Positions 12,770 through 26,069 of a DNA stretch of 64,000 nt are shown here, one piece after another. The DNA comes from Hydrolagus affinis (taxonomy: Eukaryota). Every line of letters begins with the position of its first letter. Position 1 is the first letter of the stretch. Below the pieces are notes generated by a model. That model saw only the letters and a program-made list of their open reading frames with translations. It was not told the DNA's origin and made no database searches. Position numbers and translations under genes: made by a program. The stretch covers positions 1-64,000 of the forward strand of contig JAAILG010000374.1 in NCBI GenBank assembly GCA_012026655.1. Direction: 5' to 3'.

Positions 12770-13102
12770 GATAGTGCTCTTGCTCTGAGACATCATTTTG
12801 AGCTCATTTTTAAGCTCAGACTTGAGGTTGATTATGCTGCAAGAGACCTGCATTGTGCGAGATGCTGTCTGTCCTTCAGGTGAGATCTTAATACAAGATT
12901 TTGTCTGTCTGTTCGGAAGGACAGTGAAGATCCTATAGCACAATAGTATATGGCAACAATCTGTCAGCTAAAAAACTTGTCAGTGTTCAGTGCAAAAAAC
13001 TTGTGCAAATTGGTTGCTGTGTTTGTCTATAAATACAGTTACATTCTGTGAAATGTTTGAGATATAGCAACATGATAAGGTGCTGTATCAAAAGCAAGGA
13101 TT
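12770..13102 (+). mobile_element. DeuSINE-like SINE
   Basis: ctgcattgtgcgagatgctgtc..ccttcaggtgagatcttaa...gtctgtctgttcgga...gaagatcctatagcac core and tgtgcaaattggttgctg...aaggtgctgtatcaaaagcaaggatt tail. Confidence 0.6.
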
Positions 13103-13342
13103 CCATCCCCCAATCCCTCCGCCTTGTTTCTTCCCTTTCCTCTTTCAAGGCCGGTTTGAAGACTTTCCTCTTCGACCGTGCCTTTTATTCCCCCCCGAAT
13201 TTTTCGACCTCCCCTACGTGTTTCACCCCTTCCCGAACACTCCCCTCCCAGCTCGGGTCACATGCCTCCTGTGCAGCGCCTTGGGACGTCCTCCTGACGT
13301 GAAAGGCGCTTTATAAGTTTAAGTTGTTGTTGTTGTTGTTGT
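13103..13342 (+). mobile_element. L2 LINE 3' end (young)
   Basis: Encodes SIPQSLRL..SLSSFKAGLKTFLFDRAF; stem-loop plus (TTG)n tail; CpGs largely intact. Confidence 0.9.
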
Positions 13343-14287
13343 ATTTACTTATTTTATGTCCCTCTGGTGCTAAGGACCTGTGAACTATGATCTGTGGAAT
13401 AAACTGTTTTATAATGAGAAAATGAAAAGTAATGGGGCCAACGTTCCTGGTATTTTAAAAGTGGAAGAAGGCATGTTTTTTTGACAATTTGAATGAAATC
13501 GCAGCAGCTCATAGCATTCGTAAGTGCCCAGTGTGAGAAATGTGATTTCATTAGTGTCACTGAAACAGCATCAAGCATTGGTGATGCATCTCTAATGAAA
13601 AGCGTCTCCTGCTTTGAAACAGCTAACGAGGCACTTACCCATGAAGGCAGTATAGGTGTGGAATCGTGAGTGACAATATCGCAACGCCAACAAAAAGGAT
13701 GATTTATAGATCTTATCTGTGAGCCCTTCTGAACACTATCAAGGAGTGATGTTAGCACATGTTTTGGCGTGCTTCCCTACTTTCTCCTACATACCGTGCA
13801 AAAACATAGGAAGCATGGCAATATGTGACAAACTGCATCAATGCTATTTAGCTATTCTGAGCTTCTGGCAGGAGATTCAGAAGCAAGTGCTCTGATTTCG
13901 AACTATATTAATCATTGGTCAAAAAGGATTAATCAAGTGAAGAGAACTGTGAAAATTGGTGTCTTCAACATAATCATCCAAAATTCTTAGAATCTCGTGC
14001 AAAGTCATAAAAGTCTGGTTAAATCTAAGATACAATTCATCAGTATTTGGAGGCACAATGACCGTGAGCTGCATCTGCTAAGGATTCTCAGCATCTACTG
14101 CATTGCCTGCGAAACTTGCATTGGGCCCTTTCCATTTTCCATTGCAGCCTGAAACTTTCATTGCAGTCAGTTGTGATCAGTAGCTCACTGATGTTGGGTG
14201 AGCAATGTACAAAAAGGGAGGTGACACACACACTTCTGTAAAAACTTTGTAATATTTACAAATTAACTCCAAAGCTACTTAAAGCTC

Positions 14288-14350
14288 CAAGCGCTCTGAG
14301 ATGCTGTCTGGCCTGGAGGGTGCTATATAAATCGAAGTTGTTGTTGTTGT
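14288..14350 (+). mobile_element. L2 tail-only fragment, second subfamily
   Basis: aagcgctctgagatgctgtctggcctggagggtgctatataaatcgaagttgttgttgttg; related pieces at 12612-12680 (-), 35730-35765 (-) and 40332-40382 (+). Confidence 0.6.
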
Positions 14351-17300
14351 AAATAACACCATGTCTATAATAAATAACTCTCCGTTTTGGCTGTTTGGCC
14401 AGCAGATTTTATTTAGAAATAGAAATGGTCTCCTCAGGTGCAACTAAATGCAATGATTCTGAGGATAGGCGTCAACAATGGGTAAACTACTTTGTGACTC
14501 TGATCAATATTACTCCATACAGCAGGTTGAGACATTTCTCATCTCAGTTTTTTCTTACGTAGCAGGACTCTAAAACTTCTTTAAGGTTTGTGTACCATTA
14601 TATACAGTACTAAAACTATACATCCTGTGAGCTACCCACTTTCCAGTATTGATTGACAGTAGTCGTACATCCGATTGCTTTCCTGCTTTGAGAAGAATGT
14701 GTGGTTACAATCAATCTTCTTGGAGAGATAAATAAGAGAAATTTGGAAGAAAAAGTAATGGAAACTGACTCATTGTATCACAGTTAATAAAAGACAGCAG
14801 ATATAGGTCTTTTCTGAATTTAAGTTTCTTGTGATATGGCCAAGTACTTAATTTAGAGACACAACAAAAACCTTCTAATTTAAAAATAATTATTAATTCA
14901 AATAATTTGTAATTACCTCTGGCAATGCTGCCATGGAATGATGCTAAGAAAAATGGCAGGCTTCTTGTGCCAATGGAATTTACACAGGAACAATTGGCAG
15001 AGAAATTGGCTATTTCAAACAAAAGTGCATTTGTGATATCCCAGTAGACAAGGACTAATAATGAAATTCCTATGTTGGCATGGGAACAGTACATCTCTAA
15101 TATAAGTACTGTACAGTATTCCAGAACAGGCTGCAGAGGCAATATGCTCAAAAAAGGGGCTACTTTTAATTGTTTTTAAGTAGAATTTGTAAAAGTATGC
15201 TGTAAAATAAAAAAATAGACTTTGTGTAAATAAATATGCTAGCAATTAAACATGCTAGCAGTTAAGCCGATTTTACATGATGCAATAGAGGCTAGGTTGG
15301 GATTTTTGATAACGAATAAAAAGCAGAATTATGGCAGAATTCCAACTGCAAAAATAAACATTCAAACTCAAATAGAGATTCAAATTGGAGAAATGACAAT
15401 TATTTATGCATGTTTATGCAGCAATCAATTTCACAGCTAACTCTGACATTTCTATTTTCCATTTCAAAAAAATCTTAGTGGTTATCCTGCAGATTTTCTT
15501 TTTGAAATGAGTTGCCCAGCCATTGTCACTTTTTAAAAGAACACCTGCCAGAGGAACGCATTAAATTAATTGACTAAATTAATAAAATCTGAAAACTTCT
15601 CAGAACATTCATTGTTTTTTAATCCTCTTGACGTGAAAGGCGCTCTATAAATGTAAGTTTTGATTGATTTGATTGATTGATAATGATGTGATTTATGCTG
15701 TACCTTGCACGTAAAAATAATCTAATAAATTTAAATTCAACAACAGCCAACTTGACTGGAAGATCTCTATACCCCAGTGTAAACAGGTTGGGAATAAATC
15801 TGCTTTTTTACTGAGAATAGAGCAAGACCATTAAAGGGTAGCATTGTGTTGTGCCCTAGAGCATTTGCACACAAAGCAGCATATAATGATAGTAGCTGAG
15901 ATTTGGTGGTGTTACCTTGCCATTAATCCTATACGTCCTAATACAATTGCTATCACACTGAGCACCACATCCTCCTGTTCACCCCCCATATTGTGTCTGC
16001 TGCAGATAATGATTTTTGTAAATTCAGCAAGTTCTGTTTACTTAATGTTGGCAGTGATGTGTGGCTACTGAGAACCAAAGCAGACAGTCCTTTCTAATGC
16101 AGTTCTGTTGGATAAATGTGCTACAGTTCGATCAGAATTTCTTCAAATCAGGGAATAAAAATAGTGAGTTTGAAAATCTTTCTACCAATCGACATTTAAT
16201 TAACAACAATTACAGGACAAAAACAGTTGGTTTTAAAATTACTAAAGCAATTTGATTTCTAATCAATATTGTTGTTTTCCATTTGGATTTGGCAATGGGT
16301 TGAATGTACAGTAGTTAGTTTCTGAGCATTAATATTTAGGGAAATTTAAGAAAATGTGTACTGTACTAAAGAATAATGCATATAATGAGTAAAAAGTGGT
16401 TTAATTCACTGGAGGATGAAACCAGTTGGAATTACAAACCTACACTGGATGATATTAGTTTGTAGGGAGACATTTAATCTATCTGTGTGGCATTTTAGAG
16501 GATCCAGAATTTGTTAAATTGTGAAGTAGGTTTGACCTTTGAAGTTATTTATCTTTAGTTCTTAAAAGTGCCAGCTTCTAGTGGTTCTAAAATACTATAT
16601 AGGTCAATCTCCACCCAGGTGAAATTTCTCCACATGGTGAGGTAATCTTCAATAACAACCAGGAGCACTAAGAAAATTGTGTATGCTTGTGTGAAATATG
16701 ATGTTAAATTCACTTAATACAATTTGTTCCTGTTGTCTCCCAAACAGTGTTTTTTTTAAAAAGACTTTATTTTTATACTGTATTTTGTTAGTTTACACTC
16801 CAGTGGGATAATTTTCAAAGTTATGCAAATTGCATTCTTTGTAATTTGTTCTGATTGTTGGTTTTAAAGATCCCTTTTAATCCTTTTGATCTCAGGCATG
16901 AGATAATTAAGCATCAATTCTCATTTTGTTGAGACTAGGTCATATGAGCAACTGAACACAAACCCACAAAAAGTAAGGTTCATTTGGCTTAGATGCTAGC
17001 CCTGCAAGCCACTAGGTTAGGTGTTTGAGCCTCAAACCAACTCACCATCTGGGCTGTTACTCTAATGTAGTACAGTACATTAAAGTATTTACCACTTCAC
17101 GTGCCATCAGTTATATCTGTGACAGATTTGCCAAGGATTATTGATATTCGTGGAGATATCTGTATGTCAGAGTCTCAAATCACTTGTGAGTAAAGTAAGA
17201 AAGAAAAACCAATAAGGTAGATTATTATTTCTTTCAAATTATTAAAAAGCTTTGTTGTGGACTTACACCACAAATGCTTTGTACAGGTACATATATTATA

Positions 17301-18011
17301 TATAATGGCAATGTCAATTTATTACACTCTCCTCTGTTTGTCAACTACTATATATTGCAAGACGTTGTGAGCAATTAGACGGTTTTCCTAAAATGGTACA
17401 GGAAACACTGCACAAGAATGCATTATTCATGTCAATATTGAATTATTTACTATTGTTGGACATATTAATTCAAAGCTACCTTGTTATTTGATGCTGAATA
17501 TTGTGCCAGAACTCAGCAATAAGGGGTGAAGTTATATAAACACAAATGATGTTCATGCAGACTTCTCATTTCCCAATCACTCACATGGGAATCTACATAA
17601 TCAAATGTTTACATGGCATAATTCTAATCCAAAATACTATTGTCTATATTATCCAGGTTTTAATGTTCAACACCTTGTTCTTTGAACTGTGGGTAGGTCA
17701 TTGAACACTCCTGTTTCCATTGACCAACCAGTTCTGTATGGTAATCCTGAAAAAATCCACTATTCACTAAAGCTAATCCACTAAAGATAATCTAACATGT
17801 TATGAATTACTAGATTATAGAACCATTACACCTAAACTTTCAATTTAGTTTAAAAATTAAACTTTATAATTACTTCATTGGTGCATGTTGCTTCTCTCCA
17901 TCAATTCTCTTCCTAATAATATGTTCAAGATATTTAGTGTGACAAAATAAGGTTACAGTGCTAAATATTTAGTATGGATGTTTAGAAAAAACTTTTAATA
18001 AAAAAACTTTT

Positions 18012-18320
18012 AATTAAAGTGAAAGCTCATGGGATCCAAGATAAACTTGTGACTTGGATATTAATTGACCAGAAAAGAGGAATCAGAGGGTAGCTGACAA
18101 TGCTAATACATTTAATTGAGCAGCTGAGAGTAGTGAAGTTTGCAATCGGGAGCCCTATAAGTAAGTGCAGCTTTAAATAATAATTAGTAGTGACTCTGAG
18201 GCAGGCATTATAAGTGGACCGTCCAAGTTTGTACAAGGCACCAATTATATTGCAATGCTGGATGTCTTTAATAAAAGCAAACTAGCATTAAATCTGGTAA
18301 AATACAAAATTCTATTCATA
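18012..18320 (+). mobile_element. Decayed CR1 LINE reverse transcriptase fragment
   Basis: aaagtgaaagctcatgggatccaagataaacttgtgacttggata reads KVKAHGIQDKLVTWI, resembling the CR1 KL.AHGI.G.L..WI motif, followed by a ..QRV-like segment. Confidence 0.55.
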
Positions 18321-18420
18321 ATTAAATTTTCAGAAACTTTATTATTTTTATATATGTAAAACATCTTCCTGGAGATTTAATCCCCTCTATTTTCTCTCCC
18401 TTCTTGGAAAAAGTGATTGT

Positions 18421-19036
18421 TACAACAACAATAAAATTACATTTGAAGAGTGCCTTTCATGTTGGGAGGACATCCCAAGGTGCTGGACAGTCAGGGGTCA
18501 GGACCCAAGCATGGGGGGAGGGGGGGGCGCGGGCGGGAGAGGAGGGGCAGTCTTGGGATGCGGGAGGGCAAAGAGGTAGGATGGCGGCTGAAGGCGCTGT
18601 CGAAGAGGAGGGTCTTGAAACCGGTCTTGGAGGCAAGGGAGGGTGCAAGGCAAAGGGATTTGGGGATGAAGTTCCAATGCATGGGGGCATAGAGGCTGAA
18701 AGCCTGGCCACCGATGGTAGGCTGGGTCAGGCGGGAGACACGGAGCAGGTTGGAGCCTGCTGAAAGGAGGGAGTGGACAGGTTCATTGGGGATCAGCAGG
18801 TTAGAGAGGTAGGACGGGTCAAAGCCGTGGAAGGCCTTGAAACTGAGGATAAGGATCTTGAATTCGATCCTCTGAGGGATGTGGAGCCAGTGGAGTGGAA
18901 GAGGATGGGAGTGATGGGGTCCCGAAGCCTAGTGCGGGAGAGGACATGAGTTACAGAGTTTTTAATGCTCTGCAGCTTGTGTAGGGAAGAATTGGGGAGA
19001 CTGACAGGGAGGGAGTTGTCGTAGTCGAGCCACAGA
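18421..19036 (-). mobile_element. L2 LINE 3' fragment
   Basis: Minus strand encodes LDYDNSLPVSLPNSSLHKLQSIKNSVTHVLSRTRLRDPITPIL and ASKTGFKTLLFDSAF; (CAA)n tail at 18421. Confidence 0.9.
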
Positions 19037-19239
19037 CAGCCTTTGGACAAAATAGGCTAATTTTATTAAAGCTCAGTGCTAATTTTATAAAATGTAATTA
19101 TGCCATTAAGTTGATGTTGGAGACTAAAACACAATACTGTATCTGAAAATGGAAGCAGCAATTCCAGGTTGCAACTAGTGCCTAGTTATAAATATTATGT
19201 TGTCATACCCATTATATGAAATGAGTCTTGCAGGGAAGA

Positions 19240-19700
19240 AAATATTTGTTGACCCCGCACTGAAAGTGTTACCACATTCTACTGTAACTGGAAAGTTGAG
19301 AATAGTATAAAAATCCAACCTAGAGAATGATAAAAGTACTCTGGTTGTTGTCACTGTACAAAAAGCGGCAGATGCAAACAGAAAGTGATCAAAAAGAGAT
19401 TTTGGATAAGGAACTATCCAGAGAGGCTGAAGGAACTGAGTCTCTATTCATTAGACAACACTAAGGTGGCTTTTTTAAAACACAGAATCAATCGAATCAT
19501 TGAAGTGGATATAGAGGAGTTCTTTGTATGCAACCATTAAAAGAGAACATTTCAATTTAATTACAACCCAGGGAACCAAAGGAAAAAAGAATAAATGCTA
19601 CTTAAGGATTGAGTAACTACCCTACAGACAAAATAGTTAACTTATGGGAAAGACCCATGGAAATAAAAAAAATTTTTTAGAAATCCTTGCAGTACTTTTT
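19240..19700 (+). mobile_element. Decayed CR1 LINE 3' fragment
   Basis: gagaggctgaaggaactgagtctctattcattaga reads ERLKELSLYSL (CR1 ERL..LGLFSLE motif); later aatagttaacttatgg (V.LW). Confidence 0.55.
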
Positions 19701-20134
19701 AAAAAAAAATAGATAGCTTTTTTTAGGTTTGAAATTTGCTGGTGATGATTAACAAGACATATTGTACTCCGTGCAGAAAATCAGCACTCTAAAACTGCTT
19801 CAGATGTTTATGCTTAACTGAAATAAACCTGCGACAACGCACTCTGTTATAAAGACATTTAAACAAAGTATATCAAAAGGAAAAATACTTTTTAAATTGA
19901 GCAACAATTTATTGCCAGTGTGTGGAAGTCAAAATGGTCAATTTCTGAAACATCAGTTCAGTTCTGACATGAGGAAGCCACAGTCTTTCTCTAAGTATGT
20001 GCAGTGAATGTAAAGTGTTGATGCAGAATCATGTACTCATTTTAGCAATGTTTGGGATTTCATTCACTCCAAACAATGCCTTCTAATGGTACTCTCCCAT
20101 AATTCCTTGAGGTGTAATCTTTCTATGAATGCAG

Positions 20135-20258
20135 TGAATTTGTATGTATTTCACCCACAAATATACAATCAATTCACTTTGCAGTATATTCTGTGAAGTA
20201 CATCTAGAAGACATGAAAAGCACTATATCAAATGCAAGGATTATTATTATTATATTAT
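20135..20258 (+). mobile_element. SINE 3' fragment
   Basis: tttcacccacaaatatacaatcaattcactttgcagtatattctgtgaag...gaaaagcactatatcaaatgcaaggattattattat. Confidence 0.8.
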
Positions 20259-21112
20259 GTTATGTTTGTAACCCCCATTCCTATCTCTCTGCTCTAACCC
20301 TGGGGTGCGATTTGCATCTGCAATTTAATGCAATCCTTCAGTTGTCAATTTTTTCCCTTATATTATTTTACGATGGTTTTCCATTTCAATGTGTAAACTT
20401 AAAACATGCAGAGCTAGTTGGTAATTAGGAACAGGAATTGAATGTGTCCCACTGAAGGTTGAGTTCCTCATTCCTAATTCCACATGTATCTAAACAGTGC
20501 ACTTTATGGCCTTAGGCACTTTACTCTCTGGTTGATCTTACAAGAGATGCAGTAGGATGAGCTCAATTTCTTCTTTCTCTCCATGGATAAGGCTACAGTC
20601 TAAAAAACCTCAAGGCCGCCCAGCTTCCATTTTAACTGGGGACAATGTCCTCATCAAAATATGTTTTGGCAACTTTTGTTCCATTTGTTTACAAATGTAT
20701 AATTCAATGACATAAATCTCTTGAGAACATAAAATTGTACTATGTGCATTTCACGTCAATACTAAATAACACAAAGTTCTTTTAGGGACTGCTGTGTGTT
20801 CTATGAGTTGGTGAATTGTGATATGGTAACACTGCAACTGGTAAGATCAGTGTTCATACTAACTGGAGTGTGTGTACAAACAGCACTGTTGTTTTGCAGT
20901 AAGCTACACTGAGAAAAGAGATGAAATTATACTGAATACATTATTCAACAGAGCCTTTTGCTGTTTGAAGTAGGGCTCTGTTCATCAATGCAATGGAAGA
21001 TGGTTTAAAATATCCTCTCCAAGAGGTACGCATTTGCACATATCAAATAATACATCACAAGAAGATAAGCAAAGCCAAAGTACTAGATTCAGAAATAAAA
21101 ATATTCAATGAT

Positions 21113-21418
21113 AAAAATGATAATCCTTGCATTTGATATAGCGCCTTATCATTCCTTCTAGACATCTCAAAGCACTTCAAGTAAAGTGAATTGACTGTAT
21201 ATTTTGTGGGTGAAACGCAGCAGCCTTTTTAAAAAAAAGTAATAAGTACCCCCATAAAAGCAATCTGCCAATCAGCTAACAACCAGGCTCCTACTTACTG
21301 GTAGATATACAGAGGCGCGTTGAGTAAGGAAATTTCATCCCACATTTTGTTCTGTGGGAATTGAACCCAGGTCTCTCTCTTGCGAGGTGAACGCTCTGAT
21401 CACTGAGCTACAGGACTC
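21113..21418 (-). mobile_element. tRNA-derived SINE, near full length
   Basis: Ends in cactgagctacaggactc (reverse of the head); gggaattgaaccc is the reverse B box; tail taatccttgcatttgatatagcgc. Confidence 0.85.
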
Positions 21419-22449
21419 TGATTGTGTAACGTGCACCACAATTGAATGCTCTGTTTATATGTGTGCTGTAACTGTGTGTAATAATGCCAAGTTAGCTGTA
21501 TCTGCCTGTAGTGGCAGCTCCTGAAACCATAAACCAGGTTACCAGCAGTTGAATAGGACGAAATGGTGTCCAGATTGTACTAAATCCAGATTTTTAAAAG
21601 TAAGAGCAGAGGCTGCACAGAGAGCAGTGTATGATTCTCACTCCCTCTGCTGAGCAGTCAGGCACAAACCAAACCCAGCAAAAATAATGGATGTTGGCAA
21701 AATGATGGAAAATTCAATGAACTAATTTCACACTGATTTTAAAGGTAACCAGTTCATGAATATCTTTTGAAAGTAAACCTTCCACAGCATGAAGAGGCAA
21801 TACACTGAAAGGAATGAGAGTATCATTTATTGCACAGGCACAGATGTGTTATACATATGCACACAAAGCATACACAAACATATACCATACACACTGCAGA
21901 AATTCAATCCTTAATACCCAATAAATTTATCTCTGAAAATGCAAAGCTGAATTCTTTATCTTCTGAAATTGTGCTGGTAAAACTGTTTCATTGTACATTA
22001 CAGAGCTTGAAACTTCAAACTGAATAGTTGTCATTTTTTTGACAATATCCTTTTACCTTGGGGTGGGTGCTGGGTTGAAATCCGACTCTCATAGAATGAA
22101 TGAAAGCCTTTTTGCTCTTTACTGAGTGACTGAATGGTATGCAGAGAATCAGCCATGTCCTTTCACTTATGGTACCTGTGGGAATCAGGCTTGTGATAAT
22201 ATTCATCTGCACAAAGAGAAAATCATAGAAATTAGTTATGGTTTGAAGCATTCTAGGGCAGGAAACAGCTGTTGAAAATTTGAATCCATATTATGGACAA
22301 TAAATGTGTTGTCATTGTAACTTGTAGCACTGTTACAATACTCCTGAATATAACTGTTTATCATGTCTGTGTGATGCACATCTAGATATCTACAAAAGTT
22401 CAACATTCAAGAAACCCTGTTGTTCGAACCCTGTTGTGACCATTGCATT

Positions 22450-22760
22450 TAAACTCCATTATTGAATGCCAAGATTTGATCTCACAAAATGTGATAGCGT
22501 CAGTGTGTAGAATAGGAGAGAATAACCCCAAAGTACTTTTGAGATATTGAAAAGCCTATTCGGACTAAAAGCCTTAGATTGTAGTTCCAGTATATGAATT
22601 CCTGGTTTAGTTAATAAAAACAAGTGGTGAACTGATGTGATACCAGTGTCCTGCGTTGCTTGCTGGTTCCTCAGTTTTACCAATGCATGAACATTGATGA
22701 TGAATGTGCATCAGGCTGCGATGAAATAGCATCTTAACTACACCAGCCAGTTACCTTGAC
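22450..22760 (-). mobile_element. Possible highly decayed CR1 fragment
   Basis: Minus-strand peptide NRLFNISKVL...LLFYTL..HFVRSNLG loosely resembles CR1 ANR.LG.I.R...LY..LVRPHLEY. Confidence 0.3.
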
Positions 22761-25254
22761 TGACATATCAATCTGTCAGAATTGCTGGAGGTAATCATTG
22801 AAAGGATTACCTGAATGCAAGAAGTTTACAGCCATGATTGCTTGTTGTAGACCTGCTGATGCTTGATAATGCTGGTAGATAGCACTGTACTTGGATTGAT
22901 ATAAGGATTTTCTTGTGTCAGGTGAAAATTCTATTATTCTGTATTTATTTGCAAGTGGTCATTCAATTGCAGTTGATCATTACAAAGGACATTTAATTAT
23001 TTTCCAGCTTGCCTCCACCATTATTGGTACTGCCTGTTCCCAACCCTCTATCAGGCTGACTGATGGATTTCTATTCCTTCGCCAAATTATCTCACCTTTG
23101 CTCTGGCCCTCCCCAGCATTTTGGCAGAGATTAAGAGGACCCTAAAGTCATTTTGCAACCCATTTTACCAATGCAGAATACACCAACAATGGTGTACAAA
23201 GAAAACTGGTCAGTTGCACAGCTGGGTTGGGTTGTAGCTGCTGTGATAAAATGTTTGTGGCATGACATTCAATAGAATGTTTCTGCTTTGGGAATACAAT
23301 AATGAATGGAGGATTAATTTATCATGGAGTTTAACACATTTAGCAGTGTAGAAAATACCCCCATCCTGTGAGATCATTTCAGATCACCATTAATTGAACA
23401 CTTGGTCTTGGAAAACCATGTGAAATAGGGGCACTGAGGTGAGACTGTACCTCTGTCAAAAGACTGTAGCAATGTGTATAGGCAGAGTTGTTTTTTGGAA
23501 TACACTGCAGGTTAAAAAATTTAAATGTCGGTATTTAATGGTAATAATAATAATTGCATTAATGTTGCACCTTTCACAAATAATAATCATCTCAATATAC
23601 ATTACAATAAAAGGAAATGAAAGACAAACCCAACAGCTAATCTGTGCCAACAACATCCAAATAAATGGGGGTAAATAGTCAATTATTTCCATTCCCGATC
23701 AATTTTATAGTAGGAAATATTTTTTTATTTATTTATTTGTTCTAAAGGTCTACTTCAATCCTCAAGCTGAATTTGTAGCAGACAAAGGCTGAAATTAGTT
23801 TGCTTGGAAGCAGACAGATTGTCTGCAGCACAGACTCTACAAGTTATTCTTTATACTATAACTATAACCTGAAGGTATGAGAAAAATTCTGATTTTACTT
23901 TCTAGGAGATTCTTGGCATGACCTTGACACCACTCGTGATCCTCCTAATAATAAGATTCTGAACTCAAGGAGGAGAATCACTTATTGTTTTATAATTATA
24001 ACAAAGTTTAATTTCCTGAATTCTTTCACTAAAAAAAATCCAAACTTGCAATTGGGGGTTCCTTCCTGTAACTGATAATATGCCACTCCAGTCCACAGAG
24101 TGATCTACTAACATAGCAGAGCTTCTGTACATTGTTAGGAATTCTAAAGGGATTCTTTATTAAGAAATCCTGCAAATTGTACTCCAGTATTTCATTCACA
24201 TTGCATGTGTGAATCTATTTTATCACTAGAAAGGTTGAGCAATTCGTTTTTTTGTGTTCAAGCTCATGTTTCGTCTCCCTATGAGAGTGAAGCCAGACCT
24301 CTTATTCAACTTGGTTTTAGCATGACCTTGATAGCTTCTTGCTCAGGGGTCTCCATCAAACATCAACAGCTTTTATCTGCCACTGCCCCCATTGCACAAT
24401 TTTATTCTTACATTCATACTCAAGAAATGTTCTGTTGAATTTTTAAATCTTTCCAATTTTTAATAGAGACCAATAGGTAGCTATTAGAAAATCATATCAC
24501 CATTGTTTACAAGAGGTACCTTTTCCTTCACTTCTGTATAGAATTGTTCCATTTGGAGAGAGAAAACGAGAACAATTAGAACAATTACATTCTTATATTG
24601 CCTGCATGTGTGTTTTTGTATCTTGATTAATTCTGCTGTTGCCATTCAAACATGAACAAGATGTCCCCAGAGAAACAGTAATGTATGCATTTGAAGTGAA
24701 TTTGTTACTGGGCTATTTAATTTTGTTGTGTACAATAGAATTGAATAGCAAAGCAGTATTAAAGAAATGCTGTCTTTTCATTCCTGAGATCCAGCTCCAT
24801 GTCCAATCAGATATAAGGGCACTTAATGTTTCAACTAGCTAGCTCAGTGTTTTGCAAAACTGTCCTTTGACTTTGTGATCTTGAGTTTGAATCCTAGCAA
24901 CACAGATGGATTTGAGAATTCCATGTTAGAACACAACCTTTCACCTCTGAGCACTGAAGGGATAAAGATCGCCTCTCTATGATAAACATTGTTTTTAAAA
25001 AAACTATACATCAGAAAACACTATTCTTTGACTTCTGGGAACCGGATCCCACTCTTTGCTAAGTGGACTCAGTGGCGGATTCCTCTCATATAATCATAGA
25101 ATCTTACAGCACAAAAGGAGGCTATCTAGTCTGTGCCGGCTCTTTGAAAAGAGCAACTCAATCCCACTGCCCAACTCTCCCCTTAACCTAACAGACCTGT
25201 TCTTCCTAAATAAAGATCTTCTATGGATCTTATGCATACACACATGCATGTACA

Positions 25255-25259
<5 letters not shown>

Positions 25260-25290
<31 letters not shown>

Positions 25291-25299
25291 AGAGAGAGA
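25260..25299. repeat. (TA)n(GA)n compound microsatellite
   Basis: About 14 TA units followed by gagagagaga. Confidence 0.85.
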
Positions 25300-26069
25300 T
25301 GTATAGATAGTTTGATAAAGCACATCAGAACCAATGGTGGCCTCTCTTTACCAGTGTTGCCAATTCTTCAACTTTGTTTAATCTAACCTTAAGACACTCA
25401 CAATAACACAATATCGTTCATTTTGGATGGAGTGATTGCTTTCCCTAATAGACAAGAGGATACACACCAAGATTTGGCCTGTTATGAATCTTCTAGAAGT
25501 AATAATATCTTAAGGGATTGAAGTGGGAGCTTTGTTTTTTTTAAATTCTTGTATACTTGTATAACAAAATAAATGGCAGCTGATTGCACCTGATTGCTCT
25601 AGAGAATTGGTCTCTCAAAAGTAAGCCTTTGTGTTTAGATTAGAACAGTGGAATATACTTGTCAGTTACGGTAAACCATTCACACCATTGAGGGTAAAGC
25701 TAAAGTGGAATCTATCTAAAGGAAAGCAATGAATATTATATGTGATTGTAATGCAATGTGTTCGATAGCATTGGAATCACATAATTACAGAGGTGTAATG
25801 TGTTCAAAGCTGTTTACATTCCTTCCACCACTTGGTTCCGTCCAAATGCAAATAAATGCATAATACAGTAATAGAATTCAGCCCATGTAAAAAAGAGAAA
25901 AGGAAACTCCAAATGCCTAGAGGAAATGGCTTCCTATTTATTTAAGTTTTTAAATAATGTTGGAAGGATGTATTGTGACCATGTTTTGGTTTCTTTTGTA
26001 GCATAAATATTGAAGCACAAAATTCCAATCATAATTAACTTAACCATGATAGTTATTAATATAATAACT

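Noticed and set aside
13356-13373. REST/NRSF RE1 site (tgtccctctggtgctaa); also tgagcaccacaggga near 30670
   Set aside because: The half-sites are degenerate and the spacing is non-canonical; too weak to call.
20948-20982. Small hairpins (aacagagcc...ggctctgtt; also near 53041-53068 and 53167-53193)
   Set aside because: Stems of 9-11 bp are expected by chance in 64 kb of AT-rich sequence.
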